Shown: positions 25,874 to 38,467 of the stretch, one piece after another | How the letters are laid out: each line of letters starts with the position of its first letter | Position numbering within the stretch: the stretch's first letter is position 1 | Origin: Fistulifera solaris | Lineage: Eukaryota | Assembly: GCA_030295235.1 (NCBI GenBank) | Contig: AP026126.1 | Location: 558,001-622,000, forward strand | Length of the DNA stretch: 64,000 bases | Direction of reading: 5' to 3' | Translations under genes and position numbers: made by a program | Notes under the pieces: model-generated | Told to the model about the DNA's origin: nothing | The model's database searches: none | What the model saw: the letters and a program-made list of their open reading frames with translations, nothing else

Positions 25874-26367
25874 CGTTTTTGTTCTCTAAAATGCGAGTTC
25901 GCTGTTGATTGACGGTGAATGATTTGGTCGATCGGAGAGATATCTGTCCTTGCAGATTGTGTTGCACGTATATGTCTTTCAATTGTCCACGTCGACTGAT
26001 ACTCGATAATAGATGAAGTACTGACAGAACTTTATTGTAAGGTATGGAATAGAAAACGCGTCTTCTGCTACAGCTGTCAGCCTCCGCATCATCCGATCGC
26101 TCATCGAATAAGTCATTCATTCTCATCTGATCCGAGAAAGGACGGATGCCAAGAGAAATAATTTTCAAAATCTTTTTTTTTTTTCTCGTGCCAGCACACA
26201 CGTGCGTACATGGTGTGCTCGGTCGTCTTACAGACATTGCGACACAAAATGACGTGGCCACACGGGACACGTTTCTTTCACGTCGCGTGGAAAATCGTTC
26301 GGGGCTTCTAAACACGGTAACGCGACTGCATTGGATAGTACAAAGTATTGAATAAAATTTTATTTAA

Positions 26368-27285
26368 ATGAAAAGTATTCCGTTGAGCGCTTTTAAATTT
26401 TATGTTGGAGGGAGACTCCACAAAAATGAGTGGACCCGACGCGGCACGCGGAGTATCGTTTCCTGTGTCACGGGTCACGGGCGGCGTTTTCGACAAAAGA
26501 AGTGGAACTTGTTTCTTGTATTTGCATCCTTTCGAGGTCAAGGTCGACCGTTTCACAACGAAACTGGAACAAAACTTGAACAGAATCTCTCGAGCCCCGT
26601 GAGAAAAGGAATAGGCGAAGAGGATATTTGCGTGCAAGGAACAATTTGTACTTTTGCCGAAAACATGCTGCCCCTTTCGCCGGTAGATAATCGTCCATGC
26701 AAGCTCCGTTTCGGTAAGCGTGGGCGGCCCAGACTCCTCACCGAACATATACAGAAAGAATCGGGTTTTCCCCGTCTCGACTCGTCAACAGATTCGGAGT
26801 CTGACTCGGATGAGTCGTCTTCTGAAAACGCGGAGCTCTGCAATGACCAGACCCTTTTTTGTGCGACATTGCTTCCATTGCAGCAAGAAGAAGAAGAAGA
26901 AGAGTTGCCATCCATGATGGGTCGTTTTCATGTCAGCGCCAGCAACAGCGTGTTGTCAAGCACATCTTTCGAAAACGATCGAATGGATTACATCGTCACT
27001 GAAACGCATAGTTACGAATACTCTAGCGTTCAAGATACTCGTCGAGTCCAATTTGCTCTCGAGTTGGAGCAGGTAATAGAGATTCCCAGTCACCACAGCT
27101 TGGATCCGGACGTGAAAAACGACTTGTACACGAGTATACACATAATCCACGCTGAAGCAAATCGCAATCGGAAAGAATGGGATTTTGAACAACGAAGAAT
27201 AGAGAACGTGATTGAAGAATGTAATTTCATCCCGGACTGCAATGGAAAGTTATGGCATCCAGCACATTGGAATCCTGTCATTTGA
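26368..27285 (+). CDS. Hypothetical protein (acidic low-complexity middle, C-terminal RRVQF motif); true start uncertain
   Basis: 305-aa ORF. The C-terminal half (RRVQFALELEQVIEIPSH...WHPAHW) looks protein-like; the N-terminal third is less convincing. Confidence 0.55.
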   Translation: MKSIPLSAFKFYVGGRLHKNEWTRRGTRSIVSCVTGHGRRFRQKKWNLFLVFASFRGQGRPFHNETGTKLEQNLSSPVRKGIGEEDICVQGTICTFAENMLPLSPVDNRPCKLRFGKRGRPRLLTEHIQKESGFPRLDSSTDSESDSDESSSENAELCNDQTLFCATLLPLQQEEEEEELPSMMGRFHVSASNSVLSSTSFENDRMDYIVTETHSYEYSSVQDTRRVQFALELEQVIEIPSHHSLDPDVKNDLYTSIHIIHAEANRNRKEWDFEQRRIENVIEECNFIPDCNGKLWHPAHWNPVI

Positions 27286-27682
27286 GAAACATTCTTGGGC
27301 AACTACTGCTCTATGCATCCCCTATGGATGAAACTGAAACATTGTGTATTCTGTAGCATGGCCTCAACTTCTAGCTAACGAAAAGGCTTCAAGACAAGCA
27401 AGTAGCGTTGCATCCTTGCAATCGCTCGATGTTGCCGTTTATCATTTACAGACTATTTGCTCGGTTTGCTTTAAATTTCCCAAATTAGCACTATATCTTT
27501 CGTTTTTATGGAACTCATTGTCATTGTGTATCAAATGATTTGGCTTACAAATAGATGTTTTTCGCTCACAAGGCCTCGAATCTTACCGACAATGATATGA
27601 ATCAAGAAAGTAGTTTGCTATTGCTGGTAAAAGCTTATGATTGAATCCCTAGTAACGTCTTGATCTGTTGATTTGATGCCGC

Positions 27683-27934
27683 AACGACTGGATTTCAGTC
27701 ATGAACAGATTTCGGAAAGCGTTCACAACTGCAACGACAAAATATGCATGTATATTCAAATAAATTGCCATTCACAATATCGTTACTAGTCACTAGCGAT
27801 CAGTTTCATTCGATGTGCAGGACCTCGATGATATGCTGCATGCTGTATGGCAAAGCCTCCGAGTCGATGACTGACAGGTTCACTATCGTCTTGAAGTGTA
27901 GGTTATCGGCCCCCGCGACTGGATTTCAATCATG
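27683..27934 (+). repeat. Pair of dispersed palindrome copies (27683..27703; 27914..27934)
   Basis: AACGACTG-GATTT-CAGTCATGAAC and CGCGACTG-GATTT-CAATCATGAAC. Confidence 0.75.
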
Positions 27935-28309
27935 AACAAGATGAGGGAAACAATTTATGAAGCAAAGATGCCAGCCAATGCACCACCTGTATATTCAAAT
28001 AAAATGGCGCTGGCGGTACCTGGTATTGTTACCTTCTATGAACTTCATCCGAATTTGAAAAGGCGAAAATACGTTAGCGTTCATGGGAACGAAAACTTGG
28101 CCGATTGGCGTCTGACCATCGCTCGCTTACCAGCAAGGTGAGGGAAAAAGTGTACACTCACGTAGGCCCCCCGTAGAGAAATGTACCAAGCAGAGGTGCG
28201 TTCCCGTGTCTCCCCTAGCGCGATGTTGCCGTATTCAATATCGCTCTCATCCTAATTGCTAACTTATCGTCTTTGCTTCTTTAAGATCAGACAAATTATA
28301 AAATTTACC

Positions 28310-30311
28310 ATGTTCACACCGCGGCAACTCCCTGTACACAGACAGCACTTTGCAATTCTCCAATGGCGCTTATTCTCTTCAGTCCGAGTCTATCCGGCAG
28401 TTGAGGCGGCTCTGAAAGAAGGCCGACCCGTTGTAGCGTTGGAATCTACTATTGTAGCGCATGGCATGCCCTTCCCGCAAAATCTGGAACTCAGCCAAAG
28501 ACTAGCATTCATATTACGCGAGAAAGGCGTAGAGCCTGCCACCATAGCACTGCACAAGGGGGATATCAAAATTGGTTTACATCCTGACGAATTGCACGAG
28601 CTGGCCGAATCGGGCGATGCAATTAAATGCACGACGCGACAGCTCGGACTGTTTCTAGCGAACCAAAAGAGTCCTTTCTGGGGAGCAACGACGGTAGCTT
28701 CAACTATGTTGTTAGCGCATCAAGCAGGAATACAAACATTCGTGACGGGAGGAATTGGGGGAGTGCAGCGGTACGGACAAGACACACTGGATATTTCGGC
28801 CGACCTACTCGAGCTATCACGGACACCTGTGGTAGTTGTATCGGCAGGCATCAAATCAATCCTCGATATTTCCAGAACTCTAGAAGTTCTGGAAACCTAC
28901 CTCAGTCCCTGTGGTGACGTATCAGAGCGATGAATTCCCTGCCTTTTTCTCTCCTCATTCCGGTGTTGCCACTCCCGCTCGTTGTGATACTGCTGCAGAA
29001 ATTGCCGCAGCTTTTTCACTCAACCAGGAAACATTTGGATTGAGGAGCGGGATGCTGGTCGCTGTTCCCAATTCTAGTCCGGCTGGAGAAGTGGTTGAAG
29101 CGGCTATACAAAATGCGTTGACAGAAGCAGCCGATCAATGTATTACGGGACCGGCCGTCACTCCTTTTATCTTGAAACGCGTAGCTCAAATGACAGCAGG
29201 TGAAAGTTTACGAAGTAATATGGCACTAGTGGAAAACAATGCAGCGGTAGGTGCCGATATAGCGATTGAGCTTGCTCAGCAGAAAAGGGGGAAAGTAAAA
29301 GGCCCATCGATATGTTCCGGGAAACCACGATCACGAGTTGTTGTTATGGGTGGATCGGTACTGGACTACATAGCAAAGCCCACAAATGATCTTATTATCG
29401 GAACGTCCAATGCTACGCTTACTACGGAATCGGATGGAGGGGTGGCGCGAAATATTGCAGAAACCTTGGGGCGATTAGGATCGCGACCGACTCTCTACAC
29501 GGCTGTTGGTGCTGATGCAAGGGGCAGTGCAATGCTTTCTCGTCTCAGAGAGAATAACTGCGATGTTGTTGTTGCTCCAGCGAAGACAGACCAGCGAACA
29601 CCGACATATCTTGCTGTTCTGAATCGTGATGGAGATTTGCACGTGGCTTGTGCCGATATGGACGCTATGAAAAATATTGAGCCTCTGGATCAATCAGCAA
29701 TGGAGGGAGTCGACATTTTGATTCTAGACTCAAACCCGCCACTGAATGTACTACAAAAGACTGCGCGACTGGCATATGAGTCGGGGGTCAAGGTGCTTTG
29801 GGAACCGACGAGCGTCCCCAAGGCCAGCATTCTATCGAAGGATGACAAATTTCTGTCCTACCTATCGTATGCTACACCCAATTTTGACGAGCTTCTTGCA
29901 ATGGATACAAGCAATACAGATCTGGAAAAAAGTAGAGTTTGTGAGATGTTTTCAAAGAAACTTACGTCGGAAGAAGTACTTGCATTCTTGTCGGAAATAA
30001 TGTTTCGTGTTGTAAACCGGATGGATGATGGGGCATGTCTTGTTGTAACACTTGGCAGAAATGGTATTGCAATGGTAAAACGGTCGAGACACGACAAAAA
30101 TCCCGAATGCTCTCATTTCTTGACTGATGAAATAGTTGTGGCCAACGCCACAGGCGCTGGTGATTCGTTGACTGGTGCCTTTGTTCATGCAATCCTCCTT
30201 GGGAAAACACCAGAAGAAGCTGTCAGGCTTGGAGCGCAAGCTGCCAGACTGAGTTTGGAATGTTCAGGCGCTGCAGTGTCTCCGGAAGTCAGCCAGCTAA
30301 TCATTCGGTGA
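28310..30311 (+). CDS. Bifunctional pseudouridine-5'-phosphate glycosidase (PsuG/IndA) / PfkB-family pseudouridine kinase; apparent frameshift near 28899-28901
   Basis: VVALESTIVAHGMPFPQN, ATTVASTM, FVTGGIGGV, DISADLLEL, VTPFILKRV; PfkB motifs GGVARNIAE and ANATGAGDSL. The Arg-rich N-terminus resembles a mitochondrial presequence. Confidence 0.92.
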
Positions 30312-31015
30312 TTCTAAAGCTTACTAAATTTTGTAACAAGTAGGTGGCACTGTTTTATGCTCGTAAGCTTAAGAGCTTCGGTCTCGAGTCCCGAATCCCG
30401 AATCCCGAATCAATCCCGGGCCGGTCTTGTAAATTGTGAATGCCCAAATTCTGATGACTGATGAGTTATGAGAGCGGCCGATGACCATGACACGTGACAT
30501 GTGACATTATTATTCTGTACTGTAGTTTGTACACTGTAGAGGCAGCTTTTATCTTTTATTTTTTATTGTCCTCCGTCCTCTTGTCCTTCAAACTATGAAG
30601 TACTTTGCACTTTGCACTTTGCAAACAAGGTGCTACGGTAGTTGTGATTTGGATCACTATCCATCGTAAATGTACTGGTCATTCAAATATGACAGCGGAA
30701 TTAGACGAAAAGGACTGATGTGCAAATGAGGTGCGCGCTGGGAAGCTGCGATACAAATGAGTATTAGGTACCGGTACTGAGTACTGAGTATGAGTTAAAA
30801 ATACTCCGTACTTGACATGAACTTATTTTCTGTTTCCTGGCTCGTCCGTTCTAAGCGAAAATGTCCGACTAACCGACGAAAATCTAAGCCCTCACGTTTT
30901 GTAAACAAGTTGGTTGGCGCACCTCAACGAACGGCAGCGTTCAGTCGATTGCCACCGGAAATTCAACGCATTCTCACATTATTTTGCAAGAGACGGACTG
31001 AACGGCAACAACGCA

Positions 31016-31834
31016 ATGAACATTAGTTATCTGTCGAATGTATGTTATAGGGAGATAAATGGCATGCATTCGATCGAAATGAGACAACACGACGGTGTCA
31101 TGGAGTCTAACAACAAACACGTGAACGGCCTCATCGATGATCGCGCAAGTTCCGATGAATCATCGGATGCCTCAAGTTCAAGTGAATTGGTTGAATCCAG
31201 GAATGATGGCCCCGTTAAAGCTAGTTTTGTCCATACGTACAAGAAACCCTGCATGCCTAGCCGCACGTCCTACGTTGCTATGGATTGCGAGATGGTCTCC
31301 ACCACTTGTGGATTGGAGGTTGCTCGCGTTGTGCTCGTCGACTGGAAAGGACGTACGATCTTGGACACCTTTGTGAAGACAACTTATCCTGTTACAGACT
31401 ATTTGACCTTTATCTCTGGGATCGTGGAAGCTGACCTTAAAGAAGCCCCTGGCTTTGCGGAAGTTCGAAACCATGTAAAAAATGCCATTTATGGCAAGAT
31501 ATTGGTGGGACACGGCTTAGAAAACGACCTTGCGGCTCTACAGCTGCAGCATCCGTGGTGGTTGACTCGAGATACCGCCTACTACCAGCCATTTATGCAA
31601 CGACGTGAGTGCAATGGCGAGTGCATCTTCGTTCCCCGCAGGCTAAAAGATTTGTGCAAAGAAAAATTGAACAAAGATATTCAGCATGTGGGAAAAGCTC
31701 ACTGTCCTGCGGAAGATGCTCAGTCAGCCTTGGATTTATATAAAACACATCGACCGAGATGGGAAAGGTGTGTCACCGTCACAATTCGAAGTCAGCGGAG
31801 ATTTGCACGTCAACAAGATCAATATGCTTATTGA
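31016..31834 (+). CDS. REX4: REX4-like DEDDh 3'-5' RNA exonuclease
   Basis: YVAMDCEMV, ARVVLVD, VTDYLTFISGI, ILVGHGLENDL, RDTA, HCPAEDAQSALDLY. Start codon approximate. Confidence 0.85.
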   Translation: MNISYLSNVCYREINGMHSIEMRQHDGVMESNNKHVNGLIDDRASSDESSDASSSSELVESRNDGPVKASFVHTYKKPCMPSRTSYVAMDCEMVSTTCGLEVARVVLVDWKGRTILDTFVKTTYPVTDYLTFISGIVEADLKEAPGFAEVRNHVKNAIYGKILVGHGLENDLAALQLQHPWWLTRDTAYYQPFMQRRECNGECIFVPRRLKDLCKEKLNKDIQHVGKAHCPAEDAQSALDLYKTHRPRWERCVTVTIRSQRRFARQQDQYAY

Positions 31835-31983
31835 AAGTAGCTCCGGTGAAAGCTAACATATATATTACTCACTAATGAGAAATTTCACTATTGAAATACT
31901 TTTCTTTCATCACAGTGTCTACTTGTTATCACTATCCAAAAAGGAAAGACCCGGCAAAAATGTTTCATCGGGAAAATTGGAAG

Positions 31984-32706
31984 CTACTTTCCATCCATCT
32001 CTCTTGCTAATTCCTTCGGCTCGATATCTGATAACGAGCAGTCGAAAAGCTTTTGCAGGTTGGACCATTTTGGTGCTGTAGCATCGTCAGCGTTCTGTTC
32101 CACTGGCTGTCCCCCGAATTCAACCTTCCAGACATCACAATTCCCAAACTTGAAATCCAGATGCAGCAGCGCTTTGAAAAACTGGGAATGTCCTACTAGA
32201 ACAATTTTGGATTCGGGTTGTTGCTCTAACCACGTTTCAAAGTCGAACAATCGTTGTACGAACGACGAATATCGAATGGTCCATTCCGCCGGTGTTTTCT
32301 CTAATAATAAGTCAAGTTCAAGAACTCTTTGTACGGGAGCGACCCGAGTATCCGGTGCGGCACAGCTCAGCATTCCCATGGAGGTTTCCTTGGCGCGCAG
32401 CAAAGGAGAATGTACGACCATTTCGATTTGTTCGGTTTCCAGGAAGTTGGCGGCCTTTAACGCATCCGCCATTTCGTTGATTTGCGATTTGCCGACAGGA
32501 GACACGTTCGAGTCGATTTGTGCGGGGATATTGATAAGTTCCATGCCCGCATAGATATCCGATGACTTGGGTAAAGAAAATTTAAATAAGTCTTTGATAG
32601 CGGTCTTGACGGAGGCGAGTCTGCGGTTTTCTTCGGATTGGGCGTGACGGATTAAATAGATCGTCTTGGGTTGTTGTTGTTGTGTTGTAGAAGAAGTCAT
32701 AGTCAT
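31984..32706 (-). CDS. Histidine phosphatase (phosphoglycerate mutase-like) superfamily protein
   Basis: IYLIRHAQSEEN, VVHSPLLRAKET, IVLVGHS, FGNCDV. Confidence 0.85.
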   Translation of the reverse strand: MTMTSSTTQQQQPKTIYLIRHAQSEENRRLASVKTAIKDLFKFSLPKSSDIYAGMELINIPAQIDSNVSPVGKSQINEMADALKAANFLETEQIEMVVHSPLLRAKETSMGMLSCAAPDTRVAPVQRVLELDLLLEKTPAEWTIRYSSFVQRLFDFETWLEQQPESKIVLVGHSQFFKALLHLDFKFGNCDVWKVEFGGQPVEQNADDATAPKWSNLQKLFDCSLSDIEPKELAREMDGK

Positions 32707-33116
32707 AGTCGAGGGATGATTATTAGACAATAAAGATGCAAACGGTTATTTCTCAAGTCACTTTACATTGATTGACTTCTGCAAGTTGTTGCAAGCGACC
32801 ATTGTTATTATCATGGCTTTTCGCGATAGGAAAAATTTATGTCCGCAGAAAAAGTCGACCAATGACAAGTGACGTATTATTATTGACTGCACATGTTCGG
32901 AAACACACGCCGACGTTCTCCGACTCCGGCTTGCGTCGAGGATGGACGGACGGCGGGGGCCCTCGTTCACGAAACTGCAAAATCTCCACCCCCGTTTGGC
33001 CTCCATCGAACCATCGAATTTCGACGTCAAGGAACACGATGTAAAATGTGGCTTGTGGCTACTCATTCGATGATTTACTCACTTATAACTCTCATGCAAC
33101 CGTATCTTTTCACGTC

Positions 33117-34666
33117 ATGGACAGATCACCTGGAGCTTCTACGACATTAGAAAGTGTTAGCTCGTCACACACGAGTTCACGTGTACCTGTTATGTACAGT
33201 GCCATAGGATCATTAGAAGATCCTGCGTCACGGTCTCTTCCGAAACAAAGAAATCACGCAAACAACAAAAAAATGATCCTTCGTTTCAGCTCCCGTCCGA
33301 TGTCATGCTGCCGCCTCTTAATTTAGTATATCACCATTCCTTGAAGGAAGGAGATACTTTGCAGCAGATCAGCGAACAACAGCCTTTGGTGGGCGTGCTC
33401 ACCAGTACCAAACAATCCAGCTTGTCGGCGAAAATGACAGCTCTGGAAAATGAATCGCTTACTCGCCGGTCGCTGACCAACCATGAGGATCCAAATCAAA
33501 CGTTGTCATCGAATGTCGGAGGAGGTGATTCCATTTCCACAATCGATACATCCACAACTTCACAAAACGGTGTTCTCCGGTCCAGCTTGCGGCCCGTTGC
33601 CAATCCTCGTAAGGAAGATACAGAACAGTGGAACCGTAAGAAAGTTACCATTGCCGACGGTCCTCAAAATACGGCAGCAAAAAGAAAAAGAAACAACGCC
33701 CAGTGGAGATGTTTCGGCCTTCTTCCGATGCTTATACACCCCGGATGGGAAAGAAAGATTTGAAATACAAACCGGCGGAGATGAGGACACCGGTACAGAA
33801 AATAGCTTCTCCCATGGGCACGTTAAGCCGGCCTAATTTTCGTGATGCACTTCGAAGAGTAGCTATGATCATTCATCAGCATATTGTCAAGATTGAGCGA
33901 CGCTTCGAAGAGAAGCAAGAGAATGGATACCACCGAAACCACCCGCGAGACGATAGTCTCTTTCTGACATCCATGCGCGATGCGTTCTCAGAGGATTGCT
34001 TCATATCTCCCAAGTATAAATTGACCATGGTCCGCGTACCCATGGCAATACCGAGTACGGTATTTGGATTGAAGCGCATTCGTCCACGATACGAGATTCC
34101 CTCGGAGAAGGAAATATTTGATTTTGCTCACCAGTTGTTTGACTCGGTTCATCTTTCTTCAGAATGCTCGATTGTTTGTCTCATTTATATGGAACGGTTG
34201 ATGGAACATGCCAAGGTGCCATTGTTGGCGTGCTCGTGGCGGCCTATATTCATGTGCGGACTACTACTGGCGTCAAAAGTGTGGCAGGATCTTAGTTCCT
34301 GGAATATTGAATTTGCGAGCGTGTATCCCCAATATCCGCTAGATGCGATCAATCGGTTGGAGGTGAGTTCAAATTGCTAATGTTCTTCAGTGAGATTAAA
34401 TCCCTTTGGCGATTCACTCATCGTGAACTGCTTTCCAGCTCCAGTTCCTTCGAATGGTCAAGTGGGATTTGTACATTTCTAGCAGCCTATACGCGAAGTA
34501 CTATTTCGCCCTGCGATCTGTCGTGGAAAAACCCGGCTTTCGTAATCGATACAACCGCATGGTGGCTGGAGTAGACAATGTTCAAGCTTCGGAAGCTCGC
34601 AAAATTGAAGAAAGAAGTACACAGGTGAAAGAAGAGGCACTTTTGCAGTTGAGTCGATCCATGTAG
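33117..34666 (+). CDS. Cyclin Y-like protein; intron 34363..34438; apparent frameshifts near 33267-33273 and 33679-33683
   Basis: Cyclin box LSSECSIVCLIYMERL...WRPIFMCGLLLASKVWQD...INRLELQFL...LYISSSLYAKYYFALRS. Confidence 0.85.
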
Positions 34667-35208
34667 TTGTTAAAATAGAAGATATGTTCTCCGAAAGGGG
34701 GGGAGAGCGACATTTCTTTAACAATGAACTTAACACGTGCCAAGTGGTAAACATAGATTTTAGTTTTGAAGGAACTCACGTAGTTAATGGCTGGGGGCAC
34801 TACCTGGTTCAGTATCAGGTACCGGTACGGTACCGGTAAGTCCTTTTCCAATCTGCGGCAGAGGCTGTCTGTCGTTAACCGTAATGGCGTCAGATTGTCT
34901 GTTTTCCGTTGACCGATGCGAAATACCGAGTGTTCTGCGGAACAAGAATCCTCTATAGGATCGACTGTACTTTTGTGAAAGCATATAGGACAATATAGAA
35001 ACGATTTTTCAAAACTACATTTTAGTAGATATAAAGATCTAGAAACATAGAATTAAGGTTCTGACACTCTACTCGGATAGAAATGAGCACGCAAAACGCA
35101 AAACGACAACAGCACGAACCATAAACCGAACTTTTACACAGAACAGCAACAACAAACAACATCTTCCATTTAATTTGAAGTAATACCAGTACGCTTTTGA
35201 ACGAAACA

Positions 35209-36786
35209 ATGGTGCTTCACGAAGAATTTCCTTCCTGTTCAGACCCTTCTTGCGAAGTGGATGAATCAGAGAAACAAAATTATGCTTCCAAGCCCAGTTG
35301 CGAGCTTACAGAAAAATGCGTGAATGCTTGCGCTGTCTACGGCCGCGTTTGCCCTTGTGCGGCGCGGATTGCATCTCATGCCGCATGCGATGCCATGCAA
35401 AAATTAATTGATGGAAGCCATTTCTTTCCAAAAGAAAAACCAAGTTTTCCTTATTTGAACGCTGATGATGTTGTGATCAAAGAGAAGCTTGGAGAAGGCG
35501 GATATAGCGTTGTTCATAGCTGCGTTGTGACTGCCGGGGAAGAAGCAGGTCAGGAGTTTGCAATCAAGTATCTGAAGCGTAAAGCTATGGTAGATCTTCA
35601 TCAGTTCAAACACGGAGCTGCTGATATTGCTGTCGAAGCGTTGTAAGTGTGCACTGCTTTCCATTCTGTCGTTCGCCATTTTGTGCCGGTCACACTGACT
35701 CCTTTTGCGCTTTACTATCGATCAGTTTCTTGCACAATTTGAATCACCCGCATATCGTTAAACTACACGGAGTAACAACAGGATCTATTGAAACGAATGT
35801 TGCCACGGGCAAAGAATGCGGATTTTTCATCGTCGTGGATAAGCTTGTTGAGACTCTAGAACATCGAATCGAAGCTTGGCATAAAGAAAAGGAAGAGCAC
35901 CAGAAAGATGGTTTCATGACTCGAATCTCACATGAACGTCGAATGATGAAACGTACGGAACTGATGCAAAAAATTCGAATAGCGTACGAAATTGCTGATG
36001 CGATGGAGTATCTTCATGCTGCAAATATCATTTATCGCGACTTGAAGCCGGGTACGTACTCATTCCGTTGATTGTCGCTGCGCATATTTACTGGTACTTA
36101 CGGAAGTCTTCGATGCAAAAGATAATCTCGGGTTTGACCAAGATGGAGTTTTGAAAGCATTTGACTTCGGACTAGCAAAAGAACTACGCCCAGAAGATGT
36201 CAAGGAAGATGGGCGCTACGAATTAACAGGAAATACGGGTAGTAGACGATACATGGCCCCCGAAGTAGCGAAAGAATGCCATTACGATAAATCGGTGGAT
36301 GTATATTCTTTCGGAATTCTTCTCTGGGAGCTTTGTTCAACGGAAAAGCCGTTTTATGGATACTCTAGCAACAAGCACATGCAAAAAGTAGTTCTCGGAG
36401 GTGAACGACCCAAGATGGACGGCCAGCACACTTCAGAGTGGCCGACGAATTTGAAATGGTTGATGAGTCGCTGCTGGTCCGCCTTTCCGGCCGCTCGACC
36501 CAGTTTTACTGACATTAAAGATGTTTTGAGGGATATTCTTCATGAGAAGGATGCTATTCCTCCTAACTTGGCGATTCTAGACGAGGCAGAGCACTCCGAG
36601 GAACTCGTCGAAGAGCCAGTGAAAGAGGTAGGTGGACTTTTTGGCGGTCTTTTCCGCTCCCCGCGCCTTCGAGGAAAGAGTGAAGGTAAACACGAGCCCG
36701 ATAGCGGGCCTTCTTTTTCAAACATTTCACCTGTGGAACCAAAAAGCAGTAGGTCTAAGTCGTGGGGCTTCGTCCATAGAAGATAA
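35209..36786 (+). CDS. Protein kinase (TKL-like); introns 35643..35725 and 36052..36121
   Basis: LGEGGYSVV, FAIK, HPHIVKLHG, IIYRDLKPDN (after splicing), DFGLAKE, TGSRRYMAPE, DVYSFGILLWE. Confidence 0.92.
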
Positions 36787-37346
36787 GTGAGTTCAAGAAA
36801 GCTGTTTTTTATACGGAGTATTGGTTGTTCGTTATAGCTACTTGCTTACCGAACTTTTGTTCGCCCAAAGGATACACGTGACTGGACGTCGGTCAAGAGT
36901 ACACTTCATCTGATAGTTAACACTGGTTGGATTTCTCCAAGCGCCTGCATGCCGAACGTACTTTAAGTCCAAGAAAAGCATCAACAGCAATACATTGCGT
37001 AATTGCGTGGTTTTAGACATGCATGTGTTCAATACGGCGCCGGCGGCAAATTGCTTTTGAAATAAAACAACGACGGAACCGGGACTGGATTTAACAAGTC
37101 GAGTCGTGTCTCAAATACACTTTAAGTGGTAGTAATTGCCATACCACGTCACCACGGTACGACAGGAGCAACCGGTACAAGTTGTTGGAGTGAGAAAGAC
37201 GATGAACGTCATGTTTCATGTTTGCCATGCAGCCATGCATCAATGCATTCGATCGAGGACTCTTTACGTTTCCATTGCATACTAATAGACCGAGATCGCT
37301 TTCGAACATCACGGTAATTTAATTCATTAGCCCGTTCTGATCCATC

Positions 37347-38467
37347 ATGATCTATTCTTCGCTCATTGCCTTGCTGCTTCTTTTACCACAAAGTTCTGCT
37401 TTTGTTCCCAATTCCATCCGACGTACTTTTCTTTCGCAAACCATCACATCCCTTGCCATGTCGGAGGAACGCTACACCATTGCCGATCAGCCGGCCCGCT
37501 TTGCCCGCGCGAAACGCGAAAACAACCAACGTTACTTAGATATTACGACCGTCTATGATCCTTCTCTCCTAAAGGACAAACGTGTTGCCGTCACCGGAGC
37601 GAACCGAGGGATCGGATTGGCGTTGGCCAAAGAGTTGGCGGCGGCCGGTGCGAAAGTGATCGGGATTGTCCGATCATCGTCTCCCCGAACTCGAAGCTCT
37701 CAATCCGGAAGAAGTGATTACCGGGATTGATGTCACCGACGACGCCAAGTGTGCGGCACTGAGCAGTCAAATCAAAGGCGGTGCCATTGATGTGGTAAGT
37801 GTCATACATGCCGAGTCTTGAACGTGTTTTCGATGTTTTTCTAGTAAGGTTTCTGACGACATGATCATCATTATGCCTTTTTGGTGGCTGTTAGCTAATT
37901 AATAACGCTGGTTATTTCAAAGAAGAGGTGGAACGATTGGACACTCTTGACTTTCCGGATCAGCTCAAGACCATCGATATCTGCGCTTGTGGTCCTCTTC
38001 GTGTAGCCTCTTCTCTCATCAATGGAGGTCTTTTGAAGGAGGGATCCAAGATTGTGATGATCACGTCCCAAGGAGGTTCTGTCGGGTGGCGAGAGGTCCA
38101 ATGCCCCACGGGCGGTGATTACGGTCACCATGTAAGTCGTATCGTGCAGTCAATTGTGTAGGTTTCGACGCGATCCATAGTTCTTTCTCATATGCCTTCT
38201 TTTTGTCAGATGTCGAAAGCTGCCGCCAACATGATGTCGGTTCTTTTGGCCAATGAAGTAAGGAGCAAGGGCATCGCCGTTGGTGTTTTCCATCCTGGTT
38301 TCAACAAGACCGAAATGACGGCAAAATACAAGGAAATCTGGGAAATTGAAGGAGCTGTGGATCCATCCGTGGGCGCTAAACGAGTTCTTCACGAAACCAA
38401 CCAGCTGTCGATGGAGACATCGGGCAAGTTCATCAACTGTGAAGATGGACTCGAAATCCCTTGGTAA
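37347..38467 (+). CDS. Short-chain dehydrogenase/reductase (CsgA/C-factor-like), plastid-targeted; introns 37795..37894 and 38132..38209; apparent frameshift near 37684-37687
   Basis: Leader ...PQSSA-FVP; VTGANRGIGLAL; LINNAG after splicing; MSKAAANM; HPGFNKTEMT; C-terminal EIPW. Confidence 0.9.

Noticed and set aside
26250..26255. TGACGT (CO2/cAMP-responsive element-like) upstream of SLC4
   Set aside because: A single hexamer is expected by chance every few kb, and I saw no cluster.
30389..30625. Short tandem 7-mers (CCCGAAT x3, CTTTGCA x3), plus GGTACC-rich patches at about 7447, 30767 and 34818
   Set aside because: Low-complexity intergenic sequence, too short to support a telomeric or regulatory call.
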